From an uncultured delta proteobacterium (GTDB lineage: Bacteria; Desulfobacterota; Desulfobacteria; Desulfobacterales; JAHEIW01), in NCBI GenBank assembly GCA_963706575.1, contig CAVPNL010000006.1, positions 96,001 through 160,000 on the forward strand: 64,000 bases of DNA. Direction: 5' to 3'. Made by a program: the position numbers and the translations under genes. The notes beneath the pieces were generated by a model. It did no database searches and had not been told where the DNA came from. It saw only the letters and a list, made by a program, of their open reading frames with translations. Below, in pieces: positions 18,746 through 29,329 of this stretch (position 1 is its first letter; each line of letters opens with the position of its first letter).

Positions 18746-20863
18746 TCAGTTGCGCTCAACCTCAACCAGGCAGGTATTGCAGGGAAAGGCGCCGCCGGGG
18801 GACATCACGTCTTTGGTGAGAACATTCACACAGCCGCCGTCATCCACACCATCCGCATCCGGCTGAAACCAGATGCCAGCATCCAGGCTGGCAACCCCTT
18901 CCATGATCCGACCGGTGACTTTAGCGGTGGTGCGCAGGCGGCCGCGATCATTGTAAACCATGACCCGGTCTCTGTCTGAAATACCTCTAGCAGCGGCATC
19001 GGCCGGGTTTAACCAGATGCGGTCATCGGCTTTTTGTTTCAAATGCGGAATATTATCGAATTGGGAATTGACCCGGGTTTTGGCATGAGGGCTTACCAGT
19101 TGCAGGGGAAATTTTGCATAAAGCTTATCATTTGGGCTTTCCCAGGGCTCGATGTACTGGGGGATCGTCGGGAGGTGCGGGTGGTTCATTTGCGCAATTT
19201 TGTGGCTGTATATTTCAATTTTGCCCGATGGTGTCTTAAACGGATGCCCTTGAGGGTCTTCGATCTGGCGTTTAAATGCCACCCAGGGTTCCTTGAGCTC
19301 AATGCGATGAACACCTTCTTGCCTGAATTGCTTCTGGTCGGGAAAATCCGGCGTCGCCTCCAGAAACTCTTTTAACCACTGCTCCGCGGACCGGTCGTTA
19401 TAGCCTTCAAGGCCCAGACGGCGCGCCAGGTCCGTAAAAATAGCCAGGTCTGAGCGGGTCTCAGGCAGGGGATCGATCACCTTGTTCATATAAATACAGT
19501 AAGGCCCGCCCAGCCAGGGCTGGCCGATATCTTCCTGTTCAAGATAGTGGGTCACCGGCAGGACGATGTCCGCATATCGCGCGGTGGGCGTTAAAAACAG
19601 GTCATGTACGACCATAAAGTCCAATGCCTTGAGCGCTTCAATGCCTTTGTTGACATTCAAAAACTGGTTTAACATATTGCAGCCCACCATATAAAGCAGT
19701 CGGATATCAGCCGGATAACCGCCGGCCGTGCCCTTTAGCAGGGTGTCGTAAATTTCAGTGACATGGATCTCCGGGTTTTCTAATTCCGGCACGGGCAAAG
19801 ATGCAGCCAAAGCCCCAAGCGCCATACGATCGGTGCCCCCGGCCACATGGCCGCCGGTGACGCCGATGTTGGCAGTCATGGCAGCCAGCGTAATGGCGGC
19901 GCGGTGAAACTGCTCGCCGAAGGCACTGCGGCCCGGCGCCCATCCGGTGCAAAGTGCCGCCGGCTTCACACTGGCGTATTCCCGCGCAAGCCGGATGATA
20001 TCTTCAGCCGGCATGCCGCTTATCTGCGAGGCCCACTCCGGGGTTTTGGGAATTCCGTCGGTTTTACCCGTGACGTAGGCTCTAAAATCATCAAATCCGA
20101 AGGTGTGGGCTGCCATGAAGTTTTGATCGTAAAGGCTTTCTGCAATCATGACATAGGCCATGGCGATCATCACAGCGGTGTCTGTGCCCGGTTTTACGGC
20201 AATCCATTGTTCAGCCAGGCTGTCAGCGGATTGGGTGCGGCGGGGATCGACGGCAATAATTCTGGCACCGTTTTTCTTTGCTTGCGAAAGATAGGCAGCA
20301 GTGTAAGGTCGGAAACGGGAAACCAGCGGATCCCAGCCCCACAAAATGATTAATTTAGCGTGCAGCAAATTGTCGCGGCTGTTGCCGGTAAACTGGGTTC
20401 CAAGGGTGGTATCGCAGGCGAATCGGGCGCCCTCCAGCGAGGTGCTGCCCCAGACAGTGGTGCATCCACCAAACAGGTTAAAAAAGCGACGCGTGGTTTT
20501 TAAGGTATTATTCAGAGCCGCTTCGTTGCCAAAATAATCCATCAGCAAGGTTGCGTGGGGCCCGAAGGTTTCTTTGACCTGTTTTAATTTTTGAGCCACC
20601 GTGTCCAGGGCTTCGTCCCAGGAGATGGGTTTAAACGCACCGCTGCCGCGTTCGCCGATCCGTTTTAAAGGCTGAGTAAGACGGTCGGATGCATAAACCA
20701 CATGTTTCTGGGAAAGTCCACGGATGCATGCTTTCAAGCCCGGTCCGCGCTGATTGTCGGTGCGGATGCGAGTGATCTTGCCGTCGCAAACATGCACCTT
20801 GAGCAGACAGCGCGCTCCGCAATCATAGGAGCAGGTGGTGGTGATGATCCTTTCACTTGTCAT
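18746..20863 (-). CDS. DMSO reductase family molybdopterin oxidoreductase (DmsA-like, no Tat signal)
   Basis: CSYDCGARC...ACIRG Fe-S motif, [25 protein letters not shown]. Confidence 0.88.
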   Translation of the reverse strand: MTSERIITTTCSYDCGARCLLKVHVCDGKITRIRTDNQRGPGLKACIRGLSQKHVVYASDRLTQPLKRIGERGSGAFKPISWDEALDTVAQKLKQVKETFGPHATLLMDYFGNEAALNNTLKTTRRFFNLFGGCTTVWGSTSLEGARFACDTTLGTQFTGNSRDNLLHAKLIILWGWDPLVSRFRPYTAAYLSQAKKNGARIIAVDPRRTQSADSLAEQWIAVKPGTDTAVMIAMAYVMIAESLYDQNFMAAHTFGFDDFRAYVTGKTDGIPKTPEWASQISGMPAEDIIRLAREYASVKPAALCTGWAPGRSAFGEQFHRAAITLAAMTANIGVTGGHVAGGTDRMALGALAASLPVPELENPEIHVTEIYDTLLKGTAGGYPADIRLLYMVGCNMLNQFLNVNKGIEALKALDFMVVHDLFLTPTARYADIVLPVTHYLEQEDIGQPWLGGPYCIYMNKVIDPLPETRSDLAIFTDLARRLGLEGYNDRSAEQWLKEFLEATPDFPDQKQFRQEGVHRIELKEPWVAFKRQIEDPQGHPFKTPSGKIEIYSHKIAQMNHPHLPTIPQYIEPWESPNDKLYAKFPLQLVSPHAKTRVNSQFDNIPHLKQKADDRIWLNPADAAARGISDRDRVMVYNDRGRLRTTAKVTGRIMEGVASLDAGIWFQPDADGVDDGGCVNVLTKDVMSPGGAFPCNTCLVEVERN

Positions 20864-20910
20864 TCTTAGAGCTCTTTGTATGCTTAATGGTTTTATAAAA
20901 GTTTGATTTT

Positions 20911-20976
20911 ACCACAGAGAACACAGAGAATGTTTTTTATAATTTTTTGCTCTGTGATCTCTGTGCGCTCTGTGGT
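20911..20976. repeat. Inverted short-period repeat
   Basis: ACCACAGAGAACACAGAG ... CTCTGTGATCTCTGTGCGCTCTGTGGT. Confidence 0.7.
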
Positions 20977-21272
20977 GAATAAATAGTCATTTTATATACA
21001 CAATCTCAACCGTTCATACCACCCGAAACTTGCGCGCTTCATCATTCGCTTTAATTTTCAGGAGGATTTCGCCAGGGTTTTATATTAGTCCGTGATGCTT
21101 ACCGAACAGGTCAATAGAAATGAGCGCAAGGTTATTGTCGCCAGTTTGTTTCCCAAAAGCATGACCGCGTTGTAAGGTCCCACCGCTTTTTACGACTAAT
21201 GAATCGAAAATCTGACTTTTTGATAATTAGTGCTTATGTTTTAAGCAGTTTTCCTTAGAACCCTTATATAAG

Positions 21273-22439
21273 GTGGAGCTAAAAATGATAAAAAAAATCC
21301 TTATTATTGGCGCAATATTTCTGATAGGCATCGTCCTATTTGGCTTTCAAAAGTCAAACGATAAACAACTTAAGCAGGAAGAGAAGAGTGCCCTCATGAA
21401 GACAGAACCTAAAAATTATAAGACCGCAACATTTGCCGGCGGCTGTTTCTGGTGTGTTGAATCGGATTTTGAAAAAGTTGATGGCGTGATCGAAGCCGTA
21501 TCCGGCTATGCCGGTGGTGATGAGCCGAACCCGACTTACAAGCAAGTTTCGGCCGGCGGAACCGGTCATACCGAAGCGGTCCAGGTGCGCTATGACCCGG
21601 ATAAAATCACTTATAAAGAGCTGCTGGATGTTTTATGGCGTCATATGGATCCCACCGATGCCGACGGGCAATTCGGCGATCGCGGCTCCCAGTATCGACC
21701 CGCCATTTTTTACCATGACGAAGAACAAAAGCGCATTGCGCAAGCGTCGAAAGCGGAGCTGGAAAAATCCGGCCGTTTCACCAAACCGATTGCCACCGAA
21801 ATTGTTCCACTGACAAAATTTTATACGGCCGAGGATTATCACCAGGATTATTACAGCAAGAATCCCTTGCGCTATAAAATGTACCGTTACGGCTCCGGCC
21901 GTGATCAGTTTCTGAACCGCACGTGGAGCGCTGAGGCCAAGCCCTCCGCTCAGTCGATGAAATCCGCGGATAATGCCAAATATTCAAAGCCGGACGATGC
22001 GGTGCTCAAAACAAAATTGTCGGCCATGCAATACAAGGTCACCCAGCAAGACGGCACCGAGCCGCCATTCAATAACGAATATAATGATAACAAAAAAGAA
22101 GGCATCTATGTGGACATCGTTTCCGGAGAACCGCTGTTTGCCTCGGTAGACAAGTTTGATTCCGGCACCGGTTGGCCAAGTTTCACCAGACCCCTGGTGC
22201 CCGAAAATATCGTCGAGCATCAAGACAATAAATTTTTTGTGGTGCGAACCGAGGTGCGCAGCAGGCACGCTGATTCTCATCTGGGACATGTTTTTCCGGA
22301 CGGGCCGGCGCCCACCGGTTTGCGGTACTGCATTAATTCCGCCGCCCTGAAATTTATTGCCAGAGAAGACCTGCAAAAAGAAGGGTATGATGAATATTTG
22401 AAATTGTTTGAGTCTGAATCCGCTCAAACGGCCAATTAA
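21273..22439 (+). CDS. msrAB: Bifunctional peptide methionine sulfoxide reductase MsrA/MsrB with an N-terminal export/anchor segment
   Basis: [35 protein letters not shown]. Confidence 0.95.
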   Translation: MELKMIKKILIIGAIFLIGIVLFGFQKSNDKQLKQEEKSALMKTEPKNYKTATFAGGCFWCVESDFEKVDGVIEAVSGYAGGDEPNPTYKQVSAGGTGHTEAVQVRYDPDKITYKELLDVLWRHMDPTDADGQFGDRGSQYRPAIFYHDEEQKRIAQASKAELEKSGRFTKPIATEIVPLTKFYTAEDYHQDYYSKNPLRYKMYRYGSGRDQFLNRTWSAEAKPSAQSMKSADNAKYSKPDDAVLKTKLSAMQYKVTQQDGTEPPFNNEYNDNKKEGIYVDIVSGEPLFASVDKFDSGTGWPSFTRPLVPENIVEHQDNKFFVVRTEVRSRHADSHLGHVFPDGPAPTGLRYCINSAALKFIAREDLQKEGYDEYLKLFESESAQTAN

Positions 22440-22477
22440 TCGTTCTATAAAGCATAAAGCGTAAATGCATAAATGCA

Positions 22478-22511
22478 AAAAGGGAATCCGCTAAAACGGA
22501 TTCCCTTTTCT
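22478..22511. terminator. Bidirectional terminator
   Basis: AAAAGGGAATCCG-CTAAAA-CGGATTCCCTTTT. Confidence 0.65.
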
Positions 22512-22544
22512 GCTTAAAACGAATGTCGCCTGATGAGGTGCCTG

Positions 22545-22955
22545 TCAGGGCTGACGTCCGCCGTCTTTAAAGACTTCGTCCAGTTCCACCTGGAAGCCGG
22601 TGACCAGCGCGTTGGTCTGATTGGCCATGCCCACCACTGCCATCAGCTCGGCCAGCATTTCATCCGTCAACCCTTTTTTTCTGGCGGCCGCCGTATGGCT
22701 GTTGATGCAGTATTCGCAGCCGTTGGTCACGCTGATCGCCACATATAACATCTCCTTGACCAGCGGATCGAGTGCTCCGGGGGCGGTCACCTCTTTAACC
22801 CCTTGCCAGGTGCGCCGCAAAAGCCCGGGTTGCACCGCTATGGCCTTCCAGAAGTTGTTGACCCAGTCAATTTGCCGTGTGGCCATTATGTCATCATAAA
22901 CCGCGCGTACTTCCGGGCTGGCCGCTTCATATTCGATTAGCTTAACCGTTGCCAT
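22545..22955 (-). CDS. Carboxymuconolactone decarboxylase/AhpD-like protein
   Basis: KEMLYVAISVTNGCEYCINSH. Confidence 0.88.
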   Translation of the reverse strand: MATVKLIEYEAASPEVRAVYDDIMATRQIDWVNNFWKAIAVQPGLLRRTWQGVKEVTAPGALDPLVKEMLYVAISVTNGCEYCINSHTAAARKKGLTDEMLAELMAVVGMANQTNALVTGFQVELDEVFKDGGRQP

Positions 22956-23031
22956 TTGTATTCTCCTTTCGTCCGATTCTATTACAACAGGTGGTGTTCT
23001 ATTTTGGGTTTAGGTTTCGATGGGACGGATG

Positions 23032-23709
23032 TCACCTTAGAAGATGATGAAACGGTGTTTGAGTCCTTATTTTTTTTGTAGAACCGGCTGGCTTTGGCGC
23101 GATTGCCGCAATCGGCATGTCACACCAGCGCCGGCTGCGGTTACGGCTGATGTCCAGAAACAACCAGCCGCAGATCGGGTCGGCGCATTTTTTTACCCGC
23201 CTGACTTCTTCTGAGATTAGCAGGTCGGCTGCAGAACGGACAACCGGGTTCAATATCCAGTCCAATTTCGTTTTATTGCCCGTCATTTCCCAGTGAAAAC
23301 CGTCTTGCGTTTTGACGATTTGGGATTGCATCGTGGTTTCGCCAAGGTATTCATTAAAAACCGCCAAATCTTCCCGGGTGTGGTAATGACCTTCCAGGCT
23401 AATCGTAAAGATGCGATAGATGGCTTCCCTTAGGTCAATGGCACGTTTGTGTGCACTTTTGGTTTCGGCAGGATGCCCGTCAGCTCTGCGCAATAAGGCT
23501 CTGGCCTCCTGGTCGCTGATCGTACCTACGTGCCGGCTCCACGCCACCAGGTCGTGATAGGTATTCAAATATTCACCAAGATCTGCGCAGCCATAACAGT
23601 GTACCGTGTTCACAAAATCAAGGCACAAAGCTCCCCCTGATAATTTTATACTGCCCGCATCCCTTTTTTTGCTCACTTGATTTCTCCGTAAATATTTTAT
23701 AACCGGCAA
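23032..23709 (-). CDS. ABATE/CGNR zinc-finger regulator; 1-nt deletion near 23116 scrambles the C-terminus
   Basis: LCLDFVNT; C..C.WLFLDISRNRSRRWCDM; restoring one base gives ..DCGNRAKASRF. Confidence 0.85.
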   Translation of the reverse strand: MPVIKYLRRNQVSKKRDAGSIKLSGGALCLDFVNTVHCYGCADLGEYLNTYHDLVAWSRHVGTISDQEARALLRRADGHPAETKSAHKRAIDLREAIYRIFTISLEGHYHTREDLAVFNEYLGETTMQSQIVKTQDGFHWEMTGNKTKLDWILNPVVRSAADLLISEEVRRVKKCADPICGWLFLDISRNRSRRWCDMPIAAIAPKPAGSTKKIRTQTPFHHLLR

Positions 23710-23775
23710 AAATTATTTGACAGGTTATAAAAAACAGGTTATGTGTATAACCATCAAAAATGTAATAGATGGTTA
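23698..23775. promoter_or_regulatory. Two TAACC-N18-GGTTA palindromes in a divergent promoter region
   Basis: TTATAACCggcaaaaattatttgacaGGTTATAA and TAACCATCaaaaatgtaataGATGGTTA. Confidence 0.55.
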
Positions 23776-23880
23776 GGGATTTGTCAAGCATTTTAATAGC
23801 GAATAATTTGATTTAGATAGCCATAATAATTCACTAAAGATGTGAACCACACTATTCATCCAACTAAAAAGGAGGCCAAG

Positions 23881-24804
23881 ATGAGCGGTCCGCAGTTAAG
23901 CAGGGCTTTGTATGAAAGCATTGGCAAACAAGGCTTTCAAGGAAAAATCATCTCCATTGAGCATGTTGGGGAACTTGAAACAGAAATCATGACCCGTTAC
24001 CAAAAAGGATTGCTGGATCCGGACCTGTATGATGCCTATCTGGCATCTTTTGATTTCGCCTGTCACCAGAAGTTAAAAAATGCCCGATCGCTGATCATTG
24101 TAACTGTCCCGCAGCCCCAGATACGGGTTACTTTTATACAGAAGGATAAGACTTACCCTGTCTTTATTCCGCCAACCTATTATAATGCCATCGATAATGA
24201 TGTGGCAGATTTTCTGAAAGCGGATCTGAAACCGCAGGGATACCAGCTGAAAAAAGTCAGGTTGCCCGAAAAACTGCTGGCCGTGCGTAGCGGACTGGCG
24301 CAGTACGGGAAAAATAACATTACGTATGTAAAGGGGATGGGAAGCTTTCAGCGGCCGGTGGTGTTTATTTCCGATTATCCCTGTGCGGAAGACAGCTGGA
24401 GCGAAGCAACAATCCTGGAGCATTGCGAAAACTGCAGTGCCTGCCTGAAGGCGTGCCCAACCAATGCCATCGTATCGGATCGTTTCCAGCTGTATGCTGA
24501 ACGCTGTCTGACCTTCCACAATGAAAGCTCTAAAGCGTTTCCGCAATGGTTGCCTCCCTCCTGGCACAACTGCCTGGTGGGCTGCATGATCTGCCAGAAA
24601 GTGTGTCCGGCCAATAAAGCGGTCGTTAAATGGATTGAGGCCGGTGCGGCGTTCGACGGTGAAGAAACTGACCTTATTCTAAACGGCGATTCCGAGCAGC
24701 GCCTGCCGCGGGAAACCGTTGCAAAGCTTAAAAAGCTGGACATGATAAGGTATTATGATGTTCTGGGTAGAAATCTGAGGATGTTAATTGAGAAGTCAAC
24801 CTAG
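23881..24804 (+). CDS. QueG-like (epoxyqueuosine reductase family) 4Fe-4S double-cluster protein
   Basis: SGLAQYGKNN, CENCSACLKACP, RCLT, GCMICQKVCP; AAGGAGG RBS. Confidence 0.75.
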   Translation: MSGPQLSRALYESIGKQGFQGKIISIEHVGELETEIMTRYQKGLLDPDLYDAYLASFDFACHQKLKNARSLIIVTVPQPQIRVTFIQKDKTYPVFIPPTYYNAIDNDVADFLKADLKPQGYQLKKVRLPEKLLAVRSGLAQYGKNNITYVKGMGSFQRPVVFISDYPCAEDSWSEATILEHCENCSACLKACPTNAIVSDRFQLYAERCLTFHNESSKAFPQWLPPSWHNCLVGCMICQKVCPANKAVVKWIEAGAAFDGEETDLILNGDSEQRLPRETVAKLKKLDMIRYYDVLGRNLRMLIEKST

Positions 24805-24934
24805 CATGTCAAACTAGGGCGGGTGTTTGTCGGCACCTGAAAGCCGGCTATTCAGGTTTGACAGGGTAGATCGAGTTTGATAGTTTAAAGTTCAAATTAG
24901 TCTGATCTTCAAACGTCTGAACTGAGGAGGAAGT

Positions 24935-25339
24935 ATGACCAAAAGAAGACTTCAACTGGTCGCATTGTTTTGCTGTTTTTTAATCGGTCTGAGTGCCTGT
25001 TCGCGCAAATGGGCGGTTATCGGAGCCGCCGCCGCGGCGGTGGGTACCGGTGCGTATTTTTACGTAAAAGGGGATCTTAAAAGAAACTATGAAGCCCCGA
25101 TGGACAAGACATGGGATGCAACGGTTAAGGCTTTAGCAGCGCTTCAAATTAACGTTGAATCCAAACAAAATGATGCCTTAACCGGCGTTATTAATGGTAA
25201 ATTGGCCGATGGGAAAAGTTATACCGTGAACGTGAAACGGCTGGGCGAAAATTTGACCGAGGTCAGTATTCGCATCGGCACGTTCGGTGATCGGGAGAGA
25301 GCTGAAGCGATCCATGACAAAATTCTTTCAAATCTATAG
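24935..25339 (+). CDS. Lipoprotein, DUF3568-like
   Basis: Lipobox LSAC, AAAAVGTGAY, T.VSIRIGTFGD. Confidence 0.7.
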   Translation: MTKRRLQLVALFCCFLIGLSACSRKWAVIGAAAAAVGTGAYFYVKGDLKRNYEAPMDKTWDATVKALAALQINVESKQNDALTGVINGKLADGKSYTVNVKRLGENLTEVSIRIGTFGDRERAEAIHDKILSNL

Positions 25340-25456
25340 ACACGCCATTCGAAAACTTCTGAAACCGGATGCGGTTTTTTAGTAAGAATAAAGCGGAGCC
25401 ATTGGCGCCGCTTTATTTGTTTTATCCTTTTTAAATTTCCAAAGGGGTGTGACGCT

Positions 25457-27382
25457 ATGAAAACAAAAGGCATCCAACACGGGCTTGTTTTTGTAATAAA
25501 AACGGCCCTAATTTTTTGCGCGGCCGGGTTGACGATTGCCGGTTGTGCCTCAGCCCCGCAAATCTATCCTCCGGAGCAGGTGCCATCTTACATACGCGAA
25601 TTAAAAACGATCAGACTTTATGCCTATGTCGAAAAAAAAGATACCAAAATAGAATTAGCTGCGGGCGAGTATGTTTCCGTAATGGTTAAGGGTGAGATAC
25701 GCCTCTGGAGAGGAGGGCCTTTAAAGGATGCATCGTCATGGATCATTGCAAAATATATCAACGGTGGCAGACACAGGCTCTTCTACAACGCTACCGGCGG
25801 CACCTTTGAATCTCTGATCTCGGGCCGTTTATCTCTGGGAATCATCGATAGCTACCACCAAGATAACAGCGGTCATTTCGATATCCTTATTGTTGTCTGG
25901 AAAACAAAAGATTACGTCAAAATCAGCGGTTTTCTGGAAGAATTGCAAAAAAGAGATCCTGATAATCGGGGTATTGCCGATGCCTTGTCACAGGCCAGGG
26001 ACATCAGGGATTACGATATCGCCAAGGCAAAAGCATCGGAAGAAATTTCTGCCACAAAGCAGGAAATCAAAAAATTAGAGGATTCCAAACAGAATCTGTC
26101 CACCGCTGCCGGCTCAGAAAATGAGACCCAGTCGCAAAAGCTGGAAAACCGTCTGGCCGAGCTAACGGCCAAGCTCAGACAATTGGATGAAATGACACTC
26201 CAGCTTCAGCAAGAACGCGAGAAATCAGCCCAGTTGAGCCAGGAGCTGGAAGAACAAGGCCAGCGCGAAAAAGAATTAATGAGCAAGATTGGAGAAGGGG
26301 CCAAGGTGCCCCCGTTTGTGATTGTGACTTCTCCCGACGATGGCCTCAAGCTGGAGGTTGATTCGGTGCGAATTGCCGGAGCGGTGGAAGACGACCGCGG
26401 GCTTTTACAGCTCGAGATCCTGGTCAATGGCCGGTCTATAACGGCAGATGATGCTCGCGGTATCAAACCGGTTACCCGAGATGCCCCCCGCCGCTTAAAT
26501 TTCGATCGAACGGTACCGCTTACCCGGGGCGTAAACCGCATCCAGGTCAAGGTGACCGACACTGACGGGCTTGTGACCCAGAGAACCGTCAGCGTGCATT
26601 ACACGCCCAGCCGGCGCAACGTCTGGGCCGTCGTTGTCGGTATCAACGACTACCCCCTGCTTCCAAAGCTCAAATACGCGGTCAACGATGCCAAAGCGTT
26701 CCAACGCCTTTTGGTGGAAAAGAACCTTGTTCCTGCCGAAAACATAACTGTTTTGCTCAACGAACAGGCCACATTGCGGAAGCTGAGAAGTGCCCTGGGA
26801 ACCGGCCTGAAGGGGGCCGCCGACTCAGACGATATGGTCATTATTTTCTATGCCGGTCACGGGGCCACGGAGCGGGATGCGATGAGCATGGATGGCGACG
26901 GGCTTGAAAAATACATTCTGACTTACGATACCGACCCGTCGGATCTGTTTTCGACGGCCCTGCCCATGAGAGATCTGGCGCTGATTTTTCACCGCATTCG
27001 CTCCGAGCGACTGATTTTCATCGCGGACGCATGTTACAGCGGGGCCAGCGGCGGCCGCACCGTGAGTGTGACCGGTTTGCGGGCCAATATTGCCGATACT
27101 TTTTTAGATCGGATTGCGGCCGGCCGGGGAAAAGTGATCATTACGGCCAGCGCTGCCAACGAGGTCAGTGTGGAGCGGGACGAACTTCAACACGGGGTGT
27201 TCACCTATTACCTGTTGGAGGGATTGAAGGGACCCGCGGACACGGACGGTGACGGGCTGGTTACGGTGGATGAGGCCTACCGCTATGTTTCCGCCAGGGT
27301 TCCTCAGGCCACTCACCAGGAACAGCACCCGGTCAAGAAAGGAACCGTCGAAGGCAGTCTGATTTTGAGCATCATCCGGTAA
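25457..27382 (+). CDS. Caspase-family (peptidase C14) lipoprotein with coiled coil and Ig-like domain
   Basis: Lipobox IAGC; AVVVGINDY, FYAGHG and DACYSG dyad; HGVFTYYL; DTDGDGLVTVDE. Confidence 0.85.
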   Translation: MKTKGIQHGLVFVIKTALIFCAAGLTIAGCASAPQIYPPEQVPSYIRELKTIRLYAYVEKKDTKIELAAGEYVSVMVKGEIRLWRGGPLKDASSWIIAKYINGGRHRLFYNATGGTFESLISGRLSLGIIDSYHQDNSGHFDILIVVWKTKDYVKISGFLEELQKRDPDNRGIADALSQARDIRDYDIAKAKASEEISATKQEIKKLEDSKQNLSTAAGSENETQSQKLENRLAELTAKLRQLDEMTLQLQQEREKSAQLSQELEEQGQREKELMSKIGEGAKVPPFVIVTSPDDGLKLEVDSVRIAGAVEDDRGLLQLEILVNGRSITADDARGIKPVTRDAPRRLNFDRTVPLTRGVNRIQVKVTDTDGLVTQRTVSVHYTPSRRNVWAVVVGINDYPLLPKLKYAVNDAKAFQRLLVEKNLVPAENITVLLNEQATLRKLRSALGTGLKGAADSDDMVIIFYAGHGATERDAMSMDGDGLEKYILTYDTDPSDLFSTALPMRDLALIFHRIRSERLIFIADACYSGASGGRTVSVTGLRANIADTFLDRIAAGRGKVIITASAANEVSVERDELQHGVFTYYLLEGLKGPADTDGDGLVTVDEAYRYVSARVPQATHQEQHPVKKGTVEGSLILSIIR

Positions 27383-27398
27383 CCGCTTGACAGCTTTT

Positions 27399-28307
27399 TT
27401 AATAACCAAACTTTCTTAACGCCCGGGTATCCTTGCGCCAGTTTTTCTGGACCCGCACAAAAAGCTTCAAATAAACTTTGGTGTCGAGCATGTGCTCAAT
27501 TTTTTTGCGCGATTCGGTGCCGATACGTTTGAGCTTGCTGCCTTCTTTGCCGATGATGATGCCTTTCTGGGAATCCCGCTCAATGTGAATGGTGGCCTCA
27601 ATTTTAACCAACTCGCCGTTTTTTTCTTCTTTAAATGAATCCACCGTTACGGCCGTAGCGTACGGTATCTCTTCACCGGTGAGCCGGAATACCGTTTCAC
27701 GAATCATTTCAGCGGCAATAAAACGTTCGGGTAAATCGGTGAGCGCATCTTCCGGAAAATACGGTGGACCGGTGGGCAAAAAATTTTCCATGGCCTCGAT
27801 CAATGCGTCGGTCTGGGTGCCTTCGCTGGCCGATATCGGAACGATGATATCAAAGCCGTATCCGGTCGACCACTTTTTGATCAGCCTCAGCAAATCTGTT
27901 TTTTCGATCAGATCGATTTTGTTGAGCGCCAGAATAACCGGGCGTTCCCGATTCTGAAGCCGTTTTACCAGGAAATATTCAGAAGTTGGATCCGGATTGG
28001 CCGCGTCCAGCACGAAAAGAATCATATCCGCATCCCCGATAGCAGAAAGGGCTGTATCCACGATCCGTAGATTGAGGGTGTCTTTGGCCTTAAATATTCC
28101 CGGCGTATCAATGAAAACGATCTGGACATCGGGCCGGTGCACAACACCCAGAATGCGATTGCGGGTGGTCTGGGGCTTTTTGGAGGTGATGGAAATTTTT
28201 TCACCCAGCATGCGGTTGAGCAGCGTTGATTTGCCCGCATTGGGTGCGCCCACAATGGCCACATAGCCCGATTTGAAGTTTTCGTATTTGTCGGTGGTGT
28301 CTGCCAT
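27399..28307 (-). CDS. era: GTPase Era
   Basis: GAPNAGKS, QTTR, DTPG, NKID, KH domain with IIIGKEG. Confidence 0.97.
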   Translation of the reverse strand: MADTTDKYENFKSGYVAIVGAPNAGKSTLLNRMLGEKISITSKKPQTTRNRILGVVHRPDVQIVFIDTPGIFKAKDTLNLRIVDTALSAIGDADMILFVLDAANPDPTSEYFLVKRLQNRERPVILALNKIDLIEKTDLLRLIKKWSTGYGFDIIVPISASEGTQTDALIEAMENFLPTGPPYFPEDALTDLPERFIAAEMIRETVFRLTGEEIPYATAVTVDSFKEEKNGELVKIEATIHIERDSQKGIIIGKEGSKLKRIGTESRKKIEHMLDTKVYLKLFVRVQKNWRKDTRALRKFGY

Positions 28308-28584
28308 AAAATTTTAGACAGGATTTACCCGCCTTCGTTAAAACTCCGACAGGACAAGTCGGCGGGTCAAGCAGGATTATATAAATATGTTAGCATTTCG
28401 CAATTTTAGGCAATTTAGCTCATTTTAGTCATTTTAGGCACTTCTAACTTTCGAGCACCTTTGGAACTTTTTTCTCTGTCTTCGAAGATGAGCTGCTAAT
28501 TTTGAGATGCTTGTAGTATCCTTACCAGATAAGATAAGGATTTCACAAGCGGTTACAACGGCAAGAAGTCTTTGAACGGGAAAT

Positions 28585-29190
28585 TTAAGGCAAAGCCTTG
28601 TTATCTTTAATTTCGATTAAAGATGAGATCGCATTCCAGAGCGCATCTCTGCCGCGGCGGGTTTTGGCCGAGAATAGAATAAAATCATCTTGATCCTTTT
28701 CCAGGGCCTGGGCGATCAGATGATGCTGTTTGGTCTGTTTGTTTCTGGACAGTTTATCTGTTTTGGTTAGCACCGAAATGCCGGCGATGGAATGATGGCC
28801 GAGCCAGCCGAGCAGATTTAATTCCTCCTGGCGCGGAATGCGTCGGATATCCATGATGACCACAACCCCCCTTAAGTTTTCCCGTCCCGAAAGGTAGGTT
28901 TCAATCATCGGGCCCCATTTCTTGCGGACAGACACCGGTACTTTTGCATACCCATACCCGGGCAGATCAACGAAACTCACCTGCCGGTTAATATCAAAAA
29001 AATTAATGAGCTGGGTACGGCCGGGAGATGAGCTGGTTTTTACCAGGTGCTTGCGGTTGACAAGGGTATTGATCAGACTGGATTTGCCCACGTTTGATCT
29101 TCCGGCAAAAGCAATCTCCGGCAGGAGCGCCGGTGGATACTGGGCAGGCTTTGTGGCGCTGGTGACAAATTCGGCGGATTTAATGATCAT
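28585..29190 (-). CDS. engB: Ribosome biogenesis GTPase YihA/EngB
   Basis: GRSNVGKSS, DLPGYGYA, TKTDK. Confidence 0.96.
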   Translation of the reverse strand: MIIKSAEFVTSATKPAQYPPALLPEIAFAGRSNVGKSSLINTLVNRKHLVKTSSSPGRTQLINFFDINRQVSFVDLPGYGYAKVPVSVRKKWGPMIETYLSGRENLRGVVVIMDIRRIPRQEELNLLGWLGHHSIAGISVLTKTDKLSRNKQTKQHHLIAQALEKDQDDFILFSAKTRRGRDALWNAISSLIEIKDNKALP

Positions 29191-29196
29191 GCTAGT

Positions 29197-29287
29197 GGGT
29201 ATTGGGTATCAGGTATTGGGTATTAGGTACTGGGCATTAGGTATTGGTTAATCAAGTGTTCGAGCGCCATGCGCCATGCCCTATGCA
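29197..29287. repeat. Heptamer tandem repeats (GGTATTR and GCGCCAT types)
   Basis: gggtattgggtatcaggtattgggtattagg... and gcgccatgcgccatgccctatgc. Confidence 0.7.
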
Positions 29288-29329
29288 GAATTTGATATTG
29301 CAAAAGGTTCGATTACACGATTTTGTCCA

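Noticed and set aside
29197..29250. Heptamer arrays as a CRISPR array
   Set aside because: Units are 7 nt with no unique spacers, and there are no cas genes
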